Source: an uncultured bacterium (lineage in GTDB: Bacteria > Verrucomicrobiota > Verrucomicrobiia > Verrucomicrobiales > DEV007). Taken from it: 64,000 nt of DNA. Both the position numbers and the translations under genes were made by a program. Positions 1 through 11,300 of the stretch are shown here, piece after piece. The notes beneath the pieces are model-generated. The model had not been told where the DNA came from, did no database searches, and was given only the letters and a program-made list of their open reading frames with translations. How positions within the stretch are numbered: position 1 is the stretch's first letter; each line of letters starts with the position of its first letter. Location: NCBI GenBank assembly GCA_963977015.1, contig CAXBMO010000006.1:64001-128000 (forward strand), in the 5' to 3' direction.

Positions 1-1161
1 CAGCATTATGGTTATGCCAACCGGATCCGGAACAACATTTTCGCGTTCGGTGAGGAAGCCCAGGTGCAGCGCAGCCAGAATGAGGGCCGACTCAACTTTG
101 TCTATGAGAACAACATCGTGGTTTGGGATCCCGAATCGCCCCTGCTCGACGGAGGCGAGGGAAACTGGAAATTCCACGAAACGCGCGAGCGCGGCGAGCC
201 GAAGGACAGCGTCATCTTTCGGCGCAACCTCTACTGGCCGACCGATGGGAAAGTTCCAGAGTATCTCACGGAAAAAGACTTCACCTGGGAGGAATGGCGC
301 AAGATGGGCCGCGATGCCGGGAGCCTCTTCGCCGACCCGCTGTTCGAAAACCTTGATGCGCGTGATTTTCGCCTCAAACCGGAGAGCCCGGCCGCCAAGA
401 TCGGGTTCCAGTCTTGGGACCTGGAATCGGCCGGAGTGCGTCGCGATGGTCCCGATGGCAATGCCTGGCGTCAGCTCGCCGCGTCCGGTCACGACTACCC
501 AACCTGGGAAGCCGAAGCCAAACCCTGGCCCGCGCCGCCTTACCAAATCGAACTCCAGACCTTCGAACGCGTCGGCCTCGGCGGGCTCGGGATTCGCGGC
601 GGCAAATGGACCTCACACGGCAAGGGCGAAACCATCGGCGTGACCGAGGAGGTGTCCTCACCGTTGCCACTCGCCGGTCAGCCGGGGACGGTCTCGAAAC
701 GCAGCCTCGAAGTGCGCGACGCCCCCGGTCTGGAACGCAGCTACGAGCCGGTGCTCGACGTGAACCCGCCCTGGGAGACCGGCCGGATCACGGGTCGGTT
801 CGACATCATGGCCCGCGAAGGCGCCGACTGGTTCTTCGAGATTCGCGGCAAGGGCGGGGAATTCGCCGCCGGCCCCTACCTGCGCTGGCAGAACGGCAAG
901 CTCGGTGCGAACAATGCCTACAGCACCGCCCTCGCCGATCTCCCGCCCGGCGAATGGATCCGCGTGGAAATCGCCGCCACCACCGCGAGCGGCAAATGGT
1001 CGGTCAATCTAACCCGCGAGGACGGCTCGACCCTGGAATTCCCCGATCTCACCTGCAAACCCACCTGGGACAACGCCGGCTACCTCCTCTGGAGCGCGAT
1101 CGGGACGACCGAGACCTCGTTCTTTATCGACAATTTGACCTTGGTCCGGGAGGAGGAGTGA
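1..1161 (+). CDS. Right-handed parallel beta-helix protein (5'-truncated by window edge), probable carbohydrate-active enzyme
   Basis: Frame open from base 1 (QHYGYANRIRNNIFAFG...); beta-helix-type 'NNIV', 'RNLYW' and 'DPLF..DFRLKPESPA' motifs; C-terminal beta-sandwich-like region. Confidence 0.7.
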   Translation, partial: QHYGYANRIRNNIFAFGEEAQVQRSQNEGRLNFVYENNIVVWDPESPLLDGGEGNWKFHETRERGEPKDSVIFRRNLYWPTDGKVPEYLTEKDFTWEEWRKMGRDAGSLFADPLFENLDARDFRLKPESPAAKIGFQSWDLESAGVRRDGPDGNAWRQLAASGHDYPTWEAEAKPWPAPPYQIELQTFERVGLGGLGIRGGKWTSHGKGETIGVTEEVSSPLPLAGQPGTVSKRSLEVRDAPGLERSYEPVLDVNPPWETGRITGRFDIMAREGADWFFEIRGKGGEFAAGPYLRWQNGKLGANNAYSTALADLPPGEWIRVEIAATTASGKWSVNLTREDGSTLEFPDLTCKPTWDNAGYLLWSAIGTTETSFFIDNLTLVREEE

Positions 1162-1308
1162 GTTCTTGGTGTGGAATCGCACACTTTCGAGATCGGCGAT
1201 GAGGTTGTTGCGATGGATCATCCCGCGCTCCAAACACTGCGATTTTTTCTGGCCGATGCGCAGGTTGTGCGTAAGGCTTTTCGAAATTTTCAGCTGCCCA
1301 CATTCCTC

Positions 1309-2190
1309 ATGAAACCCCTCTTTCTCTTAACCCTCGGCATGGTTCTTTCAGCGGCGCTTCACGCCGAGGAGGTTCGCCGCACACCGCTGATTCTCTCTCA
1401 AGGCGGCACGCCGGAGGAACCTGCGGTATTCGACGGCGAAGGCCTGATCATCGACCTGGGCATCGACATCACCGCGCAGGATTGGATTCAAGCTGGCGAT
1501 GTCTGGACCTCGCGCGGTCCTCTGCCGGGCCATCCGCCAAGGGAAGATACTCAGCGGGCGGGCCTCTTCATCGACGAGGTGCCAATTATCATTGTGCGGG
1601 ATCGGGCGGCTGAACAACAAGCCGAAGAAGCAAAGCCGATCGTCTACCTCGCGCCGAAAGCCTTGCACCCCGGGCAGATGGGCTGGACTGAGGATGGTTC
1701 GCTCTACTTTCGCTGGCCGGCGGAGAAAAAGCCGGGAGAGGCGCGCATCATCCAGCCATCACCGGGACTGACCAGCGGCGTCGTCATCGCCTGTTCCCAC
1801 ATCACGGTGCGCAACGTCACCGCGATGCATGCGGCCAACGATGGGTTCAACATCCACGGCCATCGCGTCGGCATCCGCTTGGAAAACGTGAGGGCGCTCT
1901 CGAATGGCGATGAAGGCATCAGCGCGCATGAAACGGTGCAGATGGATGTGGCCGACTCAGAGATTGCCTGGAACGGTTCTTCCGCGGGCGGGGTTGCCGA
2001 CGTGAACGACTCGGTCACCAGCTACACGAATTGCGAGCTCCATCACAACCGGAACGCCGCGTTGTTCTTCGACGGCAAATCGCATCGCGTCACGGATTGC
2101 CTGATCCATCATCAGGAAAGGGACATCGTGATTCGGGGCAAGGACGTTGTCGTGGAGACGTCCGGCAACGTCTGGCGCAAGGAGGAGTGA
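1309..2190 (+). CDS. Secreted right-handed beta-helix repeat protein
   Basis: Signal peptide MKPLFLLTLGMVLSAALHA; repeats 'NDGFNIHG', 'NGDEGISAHE', 'NCELHHN'. Confidence 0.7.
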   Translation: MKPLFLLTLGMVLSAALHAEEVRRTPLILSQGGTPEEPAVFDGEGLIIDLGIDITAQDWIQAGDVWTSRGPLPGHPPREDTQRAGLFIDEVPIIIVRDRAAEQQAEEAKPIVYLAPKALHPGQMGWTEDGSLYFRWPAEKKPGEARIIQPSPGLTSGVVIACSHITVRNVTAMHAANDGFNIHGHRVGIRLENVRALSNGDEGISAHETVQMDVADSEIAWNGSSAGGVADVNDSVTSYTNCELHHNRNAALFFDGKSHRVTDCLIHHQERDIVIRGKDVVVETSGNVWRKEE

Positions 2191-2398
2191 GCCACGCTGC
2201 GGCGGGGCTTTGCCTCGGTTGACGCACCTGGCGATTGCGGGATCGACCTCCGGCAAGGCATCTTAGGGGTGCGGAGGCTGGTCTGGGTTGACTTTCCGGG
2301 GGGCTAGTCCACTTATGGAACGGCCGCTCGCGGGCTGTGCCGATTCCTAAACCCCCTTCCGGGTTTCCCCCGGATTTCAGATCTGATTCCAAACCCCC

Positions 2399-4516
2399 AT
2401 GAATTCCCTATCCATGATGTTGTTCCCTATTCGTTTCCTGCCGATTTTGGTGTTGATGTTGCTGGTTGTTTCCCTGCCGGTGCGAGCTGCGGAATCCGAT
2501 CCCGAAAGCTACGATATCGTGGTTTACGGGGGAACGAGCGCGGGGATTGTGGCCGGGATCCAGGCGTTGGAAATGGGGAAATCGGTGGTCGTGATCGAGC
2601 CGACGAGCCGGGAGGGCGGGCTGACGACGGGCGGGCTGGGCCAGACCGATATCGGCAACAAGCAGGTGATCGGCGGCCTTTCGCGCGAGTTTTACGAGCG
2701 GATCCGGAAATTTTACGACGATCCGGCGGCCTGGCAGTGGCAGAAGCGGGAGCAATATCGTGACAGCGGCCAGACCCGGACGGGAGAGGGCGAGCCGACG
2801 ATGTGGACGTTTGAGCCGAGCGCGGCGTTGCAGGTTTATCGCGAATGGATCGCGGAGACGGGGTTGAAGGTGGTTTTCAACGAGCGGCTCGATCGCGAGA
2901 CCGGGGTGAAGAAGGACGGAGCGCGGATCGTGGCGATCACGATGGAGTCGGGGCGGGTTTTTGCCGGGAAAATGTTTCTCGACGCGACTTATGAGGGCGA
3001 TCTGTTGGCCTCGGCGGGAGTAAGTTACACGGTGGGGCGCGAGGCGAACGCGACCTACGGGGAGACTCTGAACGGGGTTCAGACGGCGATGGCGAAGCAT
3101 CACAATTTCGTCGCCGGGGTCGATCCCTATCGGGTGAAGGGCGATCCGGAGAGCGGACTGTTGCCGTTCATCGATCCGGAGGGACCGGGCGAGGAAGGCT
3201 CGGGCGATCACCGGGTGCAGGCCTACTGTTTTCGGATGTGCCTGACCGATCACCCGGAAAACCGGATTCCGTTTCACAAGCCGGATGGGTATGACGAAAC
3301 TTGGTTCGAGCTGCTGCTGCGCAACTTCGAGGCGGGCGAAAACGGGATGCCATGGATCAATTCGTCAATGCCGAATCGCAAGACCGACACCAACAACCGG
3401 ACCGGATTTTCGACCGATTTCATTGGCCAGAACTACGATTACCCGGAAGCCAGCTACGCCGAGAGGGAAGCGATCGTGGCGCGGCACCGGCTTTATCAGC
3501 AGGGCCTGATGTGGACCCTGGCCAATCACCCGCGCATGCCGGACAAGATCCGCAACAGCGTGGCGCGTTGGGGCATGTGCAAGGACGAGTTCGAGGAAGG
3601 TAACGGCTGGCAGGAACAGCTCTACATCCGGGAAGCCCGCCGCATGGTCAGCGACTTCGTGATGACGCAGAACCACTGCCAACAGCGCGAGACGTTGGAG
3701 GATTCCGTGGGCATGGGCGCTTACACGATGGACTCGCATAACGTGCAACGTCACCTCAGCAAAGAAGGTCACGTCCGCAACGAGGGCGACATTCAGGTCG
3801 GCGGATTCCCGCCTTATCCGATCAGTTATCGCTCGATCGTCCCAAGTCAGAAGGAAGCGGACAACCTGCTCGTGCCGGTTTGCCTTTCGGCGAGCCACAT
3901 GGCGTTCGGCTCGATCCGGATGGAGCCGGTCTTCATGGTGCTGGCTCAGTCCGCAGCGACGGCGGCCTGTTTCGCGATCGATGACGAGGTGGCGGTTCAG
4001 GACGTGGATTATGCAAAGCTGAAAACGCGGCTCGAGGCCGACGAACAAATTCTGTTTCACGATGCGCCGGTTCGGCCGGGCGGGGCAGGGTTCACCAAGT
4101 TGGATTCGCTGGAAGGCGTGGTCGTTGACGACAGCGCCGCGAAGCTGAGCGGAACCTGGACCGCGAGTGTCCTGATCCAGGGGATTCATCGGGGTTACCA
4201 GCACGACGGCGGTGCCCAAGACGGCAACGCCACGGCAGTGTTCGCGGCCGAATTGCCGAAGCCAGGAACCTATGAAGTGCAGGTCGCCTACTCGACGAAC
4301 GGGAATCGGGCGACCAACGTCCCGGTCGCGATCGAGCACGCCGGCGGCGAGACGGCGGAAGCCACTCTGAACCAGCGGAAGTCGCCGGAAGGCGGCGGTT
4401 ACTTCGCTCCGGTGGGGCGTTTTGCGTTCGAGAAAACCGGCAAGGTCACCATTTCGAACCGCGGAACCAACGGCCACGTCATCATCGACGCGGTGCGCTG
4501 GTTGCCGGTGGAGTAG
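2399..4516 (+). CDS. Secreted FAD-dependent oxidoreductase with C-terminal xanthan-lyase/golvesin-like beta-sandwich
   Basis: Signal peptide; 'DIVVYGGTSAG' Rossmann motif, 'DATYEGDL', 'YIREARRM', 'SIRMEPVFM'; C-terminal 'VIIDAVRW'. Confidence 0.85.
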   Translation: MNSLSMMLFPIRFLPILVLMLLVVSLPVRAAESDPESYDIVVYGGTSAGIVAGIQALEMGKSVVVIEPTSREGGLTTGGLGQTDIGNKQVIGGLSREFYERIRKFYDDPAAWQWQKREQYRDSGQTRTGEGEPTMWTFEPSAALQVYREWIAETGLKVVFNERLDRETGVKKDGARIVAITMESGRVFAGKMFLDATYEGDLLASAGVSYTVGREANATYGETLNGVQTAMAKHHNFVAGVDPYRVKGDPESGLLPFIDPEGPGEEGSGDHRVQAYCFRMCLTDHPENRIPFHKPDGYDETWFELLLRNFEAGENGMPWINSSMPNRKTDTNNRTGFSTDFIGQNYDYPEASYAEREAIVARHRLYQQGLMWTLANHPRMPDKIRNSVARWGMCKDEFEEGNGWQEQLYIREARRMVSDFVMTQNHCQQRETLEDSVGMGAYTMDSHNVQRHLSKEGHVRNEGDIQVGGFPPYPISYRSIVPSQKEADNLLVPVCLSASHMAFGSIRMEPVFMVLAQSAATAACFAIDDEVAVQDVDYAKLKTRLEADEQILFHDAPVRPGGAGFTKLDSLEGVVVDDSAAKLSGTWTASVLIQGIHRGYQHDGGAQDGNATAVFAAELPKPGTYEVQVAYSTNGNRATNVPVAIEHAGGETAEATLNQRKSPEGGGYFAPVGRFAFEKTGKVTISNRGTNGHVIIDAVRWLPVE

Positions 4517-4700
4517 GATGGGGCGAGTCCCGCAATCCTTCTTCACGGTAAGCTGTCTGCTGCGACTTGGGTCGGTAGTTCCGTGGTCAACTCGGCAAAC
4601 GGCAAAACGTAGGAATGCGGTGAGGAGATACAGAAACGTGAAGTGGCGGAAACCAGCCCCGCTATTGCTGAAAGTGCCGACCTGGATATAGTGGCGCGAG

Positions 4701-5144
4701 TTGAGTTCCGCCGCCCATTCCAATGCCATTCCGCGCAAGCCCATCGAGGTAGTATGTGCTGTGTTGATGGATGAGGATGGTCTTGTTCTCGCCGTCCAAC
4801 GCGGAAAAACCGGGTCGCTGCCTGGAAGTTGGGAGTTCCCCGGAGGCAAGGTGGAACCTGGGGAGGATCGCGAAGCCGCGCTTCGGCGAGAACTGCGGGA
4901 GGAACTGCATTTGGTTCTCGATCACGACCCGCTCAACCCCTTGTTGCCTTCATCCCATCTCTATCCTTTCGGTGCGATCAGGTTGTGGCCGTTTTTATGT
5001 CGGCTTAAGCGCCGTCCTAATCTCACCCTCCTCGAACATAGCGCGCAAACCTGGCTGCCTTTGTCCGAGGCACGATTGCTTGACTGGGCCCCGGCTGATG
5101 TGCCGATCCTGGATGAACTCGAACGCGTTCTCTCACCGTCCTAG
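4701..5144 (+). CDS. MutT-like Nudix (d)NTP pyrophosphohydrolase
   Basis: Nudix box WEFPGGKVEPGEDREAALRRELREEL; C-terminal 'LDWAPADVPI'; start codon uncertain (TTG). Confidence 0.9.
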   Translation: MSSAAHSNAIPRKPIEVVCAVLMDEDGLVLAVQRGKTGSLPGSWEFPGGKVEPGEDREAALRRELREELHLVLDHDPLNPLLPSSHLYPFGAIRLWPFLCRLKRRPNLTLLEHSAQTWLPLSEARLLDWAPADVPILDELERVLSPS

Positions 5145-5153
5145 CTGCTGTTC

Positions 5154-8100
5154 ATGCCGACCAATTCCCTTGCCCCAGGTTTGTATGAGCGTTTGCTCGA
5201 TCAAGAGTTGGCAGAGTTGTTGGATGCGAATCCTGAACTCCGACCGACCCTGGAGAAAATCGACGACGAAGCGTTGCCCGTTGCCTACGCTCAATTCATT
5301 GCGGAAATTCTCCGCGAGGCCCTGTCGCAATCGGGAAGCAGGGATCGCCTACCGCTGATCAACCGATTGATCGAATTGCTAGGAGCTCAGGACGGGAGCG
5401 ACTATTTGCAGAAGCGGAAACTGCTCTCGCGACCTGAGACTCTCCTCACGCAGTTGCAGCCGGTCTCAGCTCTGGCAAACTCGCCCTGGCCGCATCCGGA
5501 GACACCCTTGGCGATCAGCAGCCTCCTCACCGGAAGTGGAGAAGATCCGCCGCTCGATCGCGAACTGCGAACCGAACTGCTCAGTTGCAACCGAGTCGAT
5601 ATTCTCGTGTCGTTCATCAAGTGGTCCGGACTTTCGCTGCTGCTTTCCGCCTTTGAGGAGATTGAAGAACGAGGAATCCCGGTGCGGATCATCACCACGT
5701 CCTACATGGGGGCCTCCGACCCGCCGGCGATCGAATGGCTCGCGCAACGGAGCAATGTTGAGATTCGGATTTCTTACGATACCGAACGCACCCGCCTGCA
5801 CGCCAAGGCTTATCACTTCCACCGTGACAGCGGCTATTCCACGGCCTACATCGGCTCGGCGAATATGAGTCGACCAGCCATGACCAGTGGCCTCGAGTGG
5901 ACCGTGAAAGTGACCGCGAAAGACATGCCCCATGTCATGGAGCGATTCGAGGCCGAGTTCGAGACTTACTGGCACCATGAGGCCTTCGTGCATTTCGGTC
6001 CGGGCGATCACGAGAAATTTCGGAGGGCGATTCAACGAATTCGTCAGCCAGCGGAGAACGGTCCGCGATTTTTCGCCGATCTCACCCCGCATCCTTTTCA
6101 GGAACGCGTGCTGGAAGCGCTCGCTGCGGCACGAGCAGATGGCTCGCATCGCAATCTCGTGGTCGCGGCGACCGGCACGGGCAAGACTGTCATGGCCGCC
6201 TTCGACTACGCGCGTTTCTGCCGCGAAAACCCGAACAACTCTCGCCTCCTTTTCATCGTGCACCGCAAGGAGATCCTTCGCCAGGCGCGCGATTGCTTCC
6301 GGGCTGTTCTCCGGGACTACAATTTCGGAGAAATGCTCGTCGACGGCCAACGTCCGGAGCAATGGCAGGCCGTTTTCGCCTCGGTCGCGAGTCTCGCCAG
6401 TCAGACTCCGTGGAAGACTCTCGGCACCGACCACTTTGACTTCATCATCGTCGATGAAGCTCACCACGGTACCGCCAACAGCTATCGCGCGATCTTCGAA
6501 CATCTTGAACCAAAAGTGTTGCTCGGCCTCAGCGCGACTCCGGAGCGTATGGATGGCACATCCATCCTGCCCGATTTCGACAATCGCTTTGCCGCGGAGA
6601 TTCGCCTGCCCGAAGCCCTCGAGGAGAAGCTACTCTGTCCCTTTCACTACTTCGGGGTCACCGATCCCGTTTCGACGGCGGAGGATCGTTTCTGGAAGAA
6701 CGGAAAATACGACACCACGGAACTGGAAAACGTTTACACGGGCGACGACATCCGTGCCCTCGGCCGACTCGATGCCATCGTCGGAGCTCTGCACCGCTAC
6801 TATCCCGACCAGGAAAGCCTACGTGCCATCGGATTCTGCGCCGGGGTGCGGCACGCGAAGTTCATGGCGACCAAATTTCGTGAGAACGGCTATCGCGCCG
6901 AAACCTTGCTCGGCGAAACACCTCCTGAGTTGCGTGATGAACGAGTGCGGGAATTTTGCTCCGGGAAGCTGCATTTTCTTTTTGCCGTCGATGTGCTCAG
7001 CGAGGGTTTCGATCTGCCCGAAATCAATCTGGTGATGTTTCTGCGCCCCACCGAGAGCCTGACCGTTTTTCTCCAGCAATTGGGTCGTGGCTTGCGTCTC
7101 AGTCCGGAAAAGGACTGCCTTACCGTGCTCGATTTTGTTGGGCAGAGTCATCACCGCTACCGGATGGATCGAAAATTCACGGCGCTGTTGCGACACAGCC
7201 GGCGTCGGATCGACCGCGAGATCGAGCGGGATTTCCCCAATCTGCCACCGGGGTGCAGCATTCAGTTTGAACGCGTTGCTCGTGAGCACGTCCTGGAGAA
7301 CATCAGGAAGTCACTCGGTAATCTTCGCGAGTTTGTCCCCGAAGCAATTCGCACCTTCACCGCAGAAACCGGACGCCCTCTCACCTTCGCCAATTTCGTC
7401 GCCGAGGCCGAACTTTCTCCGGTTGAACTCTTAAAGACCCGTACATGGTCCGAGTGGAAGGATCTCGCAAACGGAACCCGGACGGTCAACGATCCCCATC
7501 TCGCCGACGCCCGAAAAGCCCTCCGCCGCTTCGCTTTGCGTACCGATCCCGACCTGCTCGAGAAGGCCCGGAGGATTAGCTGTTCCACCGTCGCGGAAGA
7601 GCCCGCCCACTATGGCCTCACCGAAAAGCAGGCGGGGATGCTCCACTATCTCCTCTGGAGCAAGAATGGCGAAAACCTCGGGCTCTCTTCCTACCGGGAA
7701 TCATTTCAGCGGTGGGCTGAAAATCCGCAGTCGGCCAAAGACCTGGAAGAGATCATCGAATGGCGGAATTCGGTGCGTCCATTCGGAACCGCTGATGTCA
7801 ATCTCCCCTTCGAGTGCCCGCTTCGCCTGCATGCCGCCTACGGGCTGCGCGAGATCAGCGCCGCCTTTGGCAAAGCCAATCTCGACACCACCGGACCTGC
7901 CGGGACGGGAGTGATACACGTCGAGGAGCAGCGCACGTATCTGCACCTGGTCACCTTTCGGAAAGAGGAGCGCGATTTCTCTCCAACCACGCGATACAAG
8001 GACTACCCGATCAGTCCAACATTGTTTCATTGGGAATCTCAAGCCAACACAACCCGCGCCAGCAGAACCGGGCAGAACTACCTGCACTTTCGAGATCGAC

Positions 8101-8282
8101 GCTACACGATCTTATTTTTCGCCCGGCTGGAAAAGCAGGTCGATGGGGAAACCGCGCCCTTCCTGTTTCTTGGCCCAGCCTGTAAGCTCTGTTCCGCCGA
8201 ACGCGACCGCCCTATCCGCATGGTCTGGGAACTGGAGCACCCCATGCCTGCCGAACTGTTTGAGCAAGCCCGGGCCACGTGA
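5154..8282 (+). CDS. PLD nuclease-SF2 helicase-DUF3427 protein (SauUSI-like type IV restriction enzyme)
   Basis: PLD motifs 'LHAKAY' and 'GSANMS'; Walker A 'ATGTGKT', 'DEAHH', 'SATPER', 'QQLGRGLR'; C-terminal 'YKDYPISPTLFHWESQ'. Confidence 0.88.
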   Translation: MPTNSLAPGLYERLLDQELAELLDANPELRPTLEKIDDEALPVAYAQFIAEILREALSQSGSRDRLPLINRLIELLGAQDGSDYLQKRKLLSRPETLLTQLQPVSALANSPWPHPETPLAISSLLTGSGEDPPLDRELRTELLSCNRVDILVSFIKWSGLSLLLSAFEEIEERGIPVRIITTSYMGASDPPAIEWLAQRSNVEIRISYDTERTRLHAKAYHFHRDSGYSTAYIGSANMSRPAMTSGLEWTVKVTAKDMPHVMERFEAEFETYWHHEAFVHFGPGDHEKFRRAIQRIRQPAENGPRFFADLTPHPFQERVLEALAAARADGSHRNLVVAATGTGKTVMAAFDYARFCRENPNNSRLLFIVHRKEILRQARDCFRAVLRDYNFGEMLVDGQRPEQWQAVFASVASLASQTPWKTLGTDHFDFIIVDEAHHGTANSYRAIFEHLEPKVLLGLSATPERMDGTSILPDFDNRFAAEIRLPEALEEKLLCPFHYFGVTDPVSTAEDRFWKNGKYDTTELENVYTGDDIRALGRLDAIVGALHRYYPDQESLRAIGFCAGVRHAKFMATKFRENGYRAETLLGETPPELRDERVREFCSGKLHFLFAVDVLSEGFDLPEINLVMFLRPTESLTVFLQQLGRGLRLSPEKDCLTVLDFVGQSHHRYRMDRKFTALLRHSRRRIDREIERDFPNLPPGCSIQFERVAREHVLENIRKSLGNLREFVPEAIRTFTAETGRPLTFANFVAEAELSPVELLKTRTWSEWKDLANGTRTVNDPHLADARKALRRFALRTDPDLLEKARRISCSTVAEEPAHYGLTEKQAGMLHYLLWSKNGENLGLSSYRESFQRWAENPQSAKDLEEIIEWRNSVRPFGTADVNLPFECPLRLHAAYGLREISAAFGKANLDTTGPAGTGVIHVEEQRTYLHLVTFRKEERDFSPTTRYKDYPISPTLFHWESQANTTRASRTGQNYLHFRDRRYTILFFARLEKQVDGETAPFLFLGPACKLCSAERDRPIRMVWELEHPMPAELFEQARAT

Positions 8283-8381
8283 AATCGGCAAACGCTGTTC
8301 TCTCGACTGGGAATTACTCCAATACTTTGGTGACGGTCGGATTGTCCGGAATTTGTATCACCGTCGAATTCGCTTTCAGAA

Positions 8382-11300
8382 TCACTCTCCGGAAAAAATC
8401 TCCGACAACAGGCGACTGGTTTCTTCGGAATTGGTCCGCATGTAGGCTTTGGCGGCGGCGTTGCCGCGTTCGGGGAACATCCACGTTACCCAATGCAATT
8501 GCCATGGCTGGTGGGCTTGGTCTTCCGGGCGGTTTGCTTTGAGAATCGGGCGTGAACTGTAGTTGATCTCGCTCCATTCCTCCGGCTGGACCAACAACCC
8601 GGCGGAGCCTTTTCCGGTTTCGTAGAAGTCACGGTCGCGAATCGCATCGCCCATCAGCAGCCACTCGCGATGCTCCTGCGCTTCTTCGAGAAACACTTTC
8701 CCTCCGTTTCCAAAACCGGCGGGATAGCTGGAGAAGTTGACGGAAGTGTGGGTGATGGATTTTCCTGCGTGAGGCTTCAAGGTCAGCTTCTGAAAGAGTC
8801 CTTCATGGCCGGGGATCATCATGTAGTCCAGCCAAACGGTTGCGGTGGGAGTCACCCATTCCAACCGGACTGCGCCAATGTCGCCGTTGCTGCGATCTTC
8901 GATCTTTGCCAGTTCATAGCTCAACGCCATTTCCTGATCCTCCCCTTCGCCAAGGTAGAGTTTGAGATAGCTGTTGTAGTACCAGAGGTGTCCCCGCGGT
9001 TTGTTCATGCCGAGGCCCGAACCGTTGAGGCCGTGAACCATCTGGGGCGGGCCGGGGTCGAACAGGGAAGAATCGCAACAGACGAGGTATTTCATCTCGT
9101 ATTCGCGGAGACCGTTGCCGATCTTGAACCCGCTGATGAGATGTTCTTTGCCGTTGTAGTTGCCGTAGTGAATGGCTTTGCGTTGCAATTTTTTGACGGA
9201 TGTAAACGCGGGTTCTTGATCCAATTCGGCGGCGGCTTCGGGAATTGGTTCCCACTCGCCCTCCGGCCAATCGACCGGGGTGCGTTCCACCCGAAACTCA
9301 TAAGCGGCGAGCGCCCGCGTCGGCTGAGCCAGGGCGGGGAGAATCTCCAGTTCAACCGAAGTTGAGACGCCTGTGAGGATATCGCGAACGGACACGGTGT
9401 GGTCGCCCGGAGATTGCCCGTGGGGAATGACAAAGGCTCCCTTCACTTCGCCATCTTCGAGATAGAGGTTGTCGGCGGTGTGGGGGATTTCGCGACCGTT
9501 GGCGCCGGTCGCGGTCATGCGGATGACGTGCCTGGCGAGCGGTTGCCCGGATGCGTTCAGGGTAAGGTGATAGGCAAATCGTTCGCCGGGCCGGACTTTT
9601 TTCGGGCCTTGCAAACGAAGTTCCGGCGGTCCGTAGGGAAGAAGCGCGATCAGCTTCGGATGCCCCGGGTTGACCGTGAGCGTTTGCTCCTCCCTTTCGC
9701 CGAGGTAACTCCCGCGACGGACGTCGTAGGCATGGGTTCTTTTGCCGAAAACCAGCCGGGTCGGCAACCCGTCCCAGCGGTTTTTTCCGTGTTGGAAATA
9801 GATCTGCTGCTGCTTTTGCGGGCTGTCCTCGTTGTCCTTGGCGTTGGCCGCGATCTCCCTGACCTGGTCCACGGCCGGGAGACGCATGTAATCGGGAACG
9901 ATGCCAACCAGCTCGCCGACTCCGTCGGAAAAGGTGGCCAGGTAGACCCGGTCTTCGATTTCTCCCCGGGTGTCCGGTTTGAAAATGCGATGGCCGGGAC
10001 TGGCAATGCCCGCCGAAGCGATCAGGTCGGGAACCCATTTCGCGATCGATTCGGCATCCGGTTTCAAGGCGAGGTAGGTCGCCTTGGTTTCGGTCGCGTG
10101 AATGGCGCCCGCGGAATCCGCCAGCGTTTTCAGGGAGTCGGGAACTGCAGAATTTTCGTCGCCGAGGGTCTGCCAGGAAACCGTTCCCGCCGGCAGGCAT
10201 TCGCCAACGGTGAGGCCCTCGAGGATGGTTTCGCCCAATTGAATCGATGAGCGGATTCCCCGATAATCGGAATCGGCATCCGCCACCAGCTTGTCGGGAG
10301 AAAAGCCGAAAACGGAAGCAAACGCCACTGCGCTCTCTGCCGTTTGCGCGGATGCCAGGCCGCCTCCGCCAATGACCGTTCGACCCGATTGAGCGAACCG
10401 AACGAGTTTTTCATCGACCACAAGCGGATCAACGCAGATCAGGAGTTGCACATCGGCGGCGAGATCGGTGTCGACATCGACGAAGCGGTAGGGAATCGAG
10501 AGCCGGTTGAAAGCGCGCGCCCAGGGTTCCACCGCTTTGATGTCCTGACCGAACAAAATCGCGATTTCGCCGCGATCCCGATCCATGCGTTTCACCTGTT
10601 CTGCGACCCCGGCGTTCAGTTCCTTGATTTCCTCGCTCCACCAGCGCGTTTCGTGAGTGGAGCGCAGGTCGCCATCGAGACAGCCGAACATCATGCCGGT
10701 GGATTTGAAATAGCCGACCCCATCCATTTCATCGAAGAGCCACACCCACGGAACCGTGCGCGAATACGGTTCGTGATCGGCCCAGGGCGCGTAGTGCGTC
10801 CAGATCGTGACGATGCTGTCCGGCGACCGAAAACTCCGGTAAATGTCACGCTCCACGCCGAGCCAGATGTCGAGATTGTAGAGATGTTTGGGACTGTAGA
10901 GCCCGAGGTAACCGGAGCGTTTCATCAACTCCGGAGAGTGCGCTCCCGGGAAGACGCCGCAATATCCGGCCCTCGCCCCGGGATTGGCTTTTCGCAAAAT
11001 CGCCTCGCCTTTTTCCAGCCAGGGCAACAGCACATCGGCGGGCGGTTCGTCGGCAAACGAGTATCCCAACACCGAGAGCGGTTCCAGTTCGGTCGACATT
11101 TCCCTGAACCACTCCTTTGACTGGGCTTCGTCGAACTTCTTTTCGTTGAAGCGGTTCTTGGGAACGAACACGTTGGTCGGAACCAGCCGCAGGCCCGAAG
11201 CCGACGCCCAGGAATTCGCCGCCACATTGCGGCCGATTGGCGCGATGGCGTTGAGTCCCAATTCGCGATGCCGGTGCCCTCGCCAGCGTTCGGGGAGATC

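Noticed and set aside
3365-4849. 494-aa minus-strand ORF, and similar long antisense ORFs (16367-17791, 33577-35073, 39246-40601, 43681-45015, 47785-49107, 57423-58652)
   Set aside because: Each lies opposite a well-supported gene; long stop-free antisense frames are expected with GC-rich codon bias
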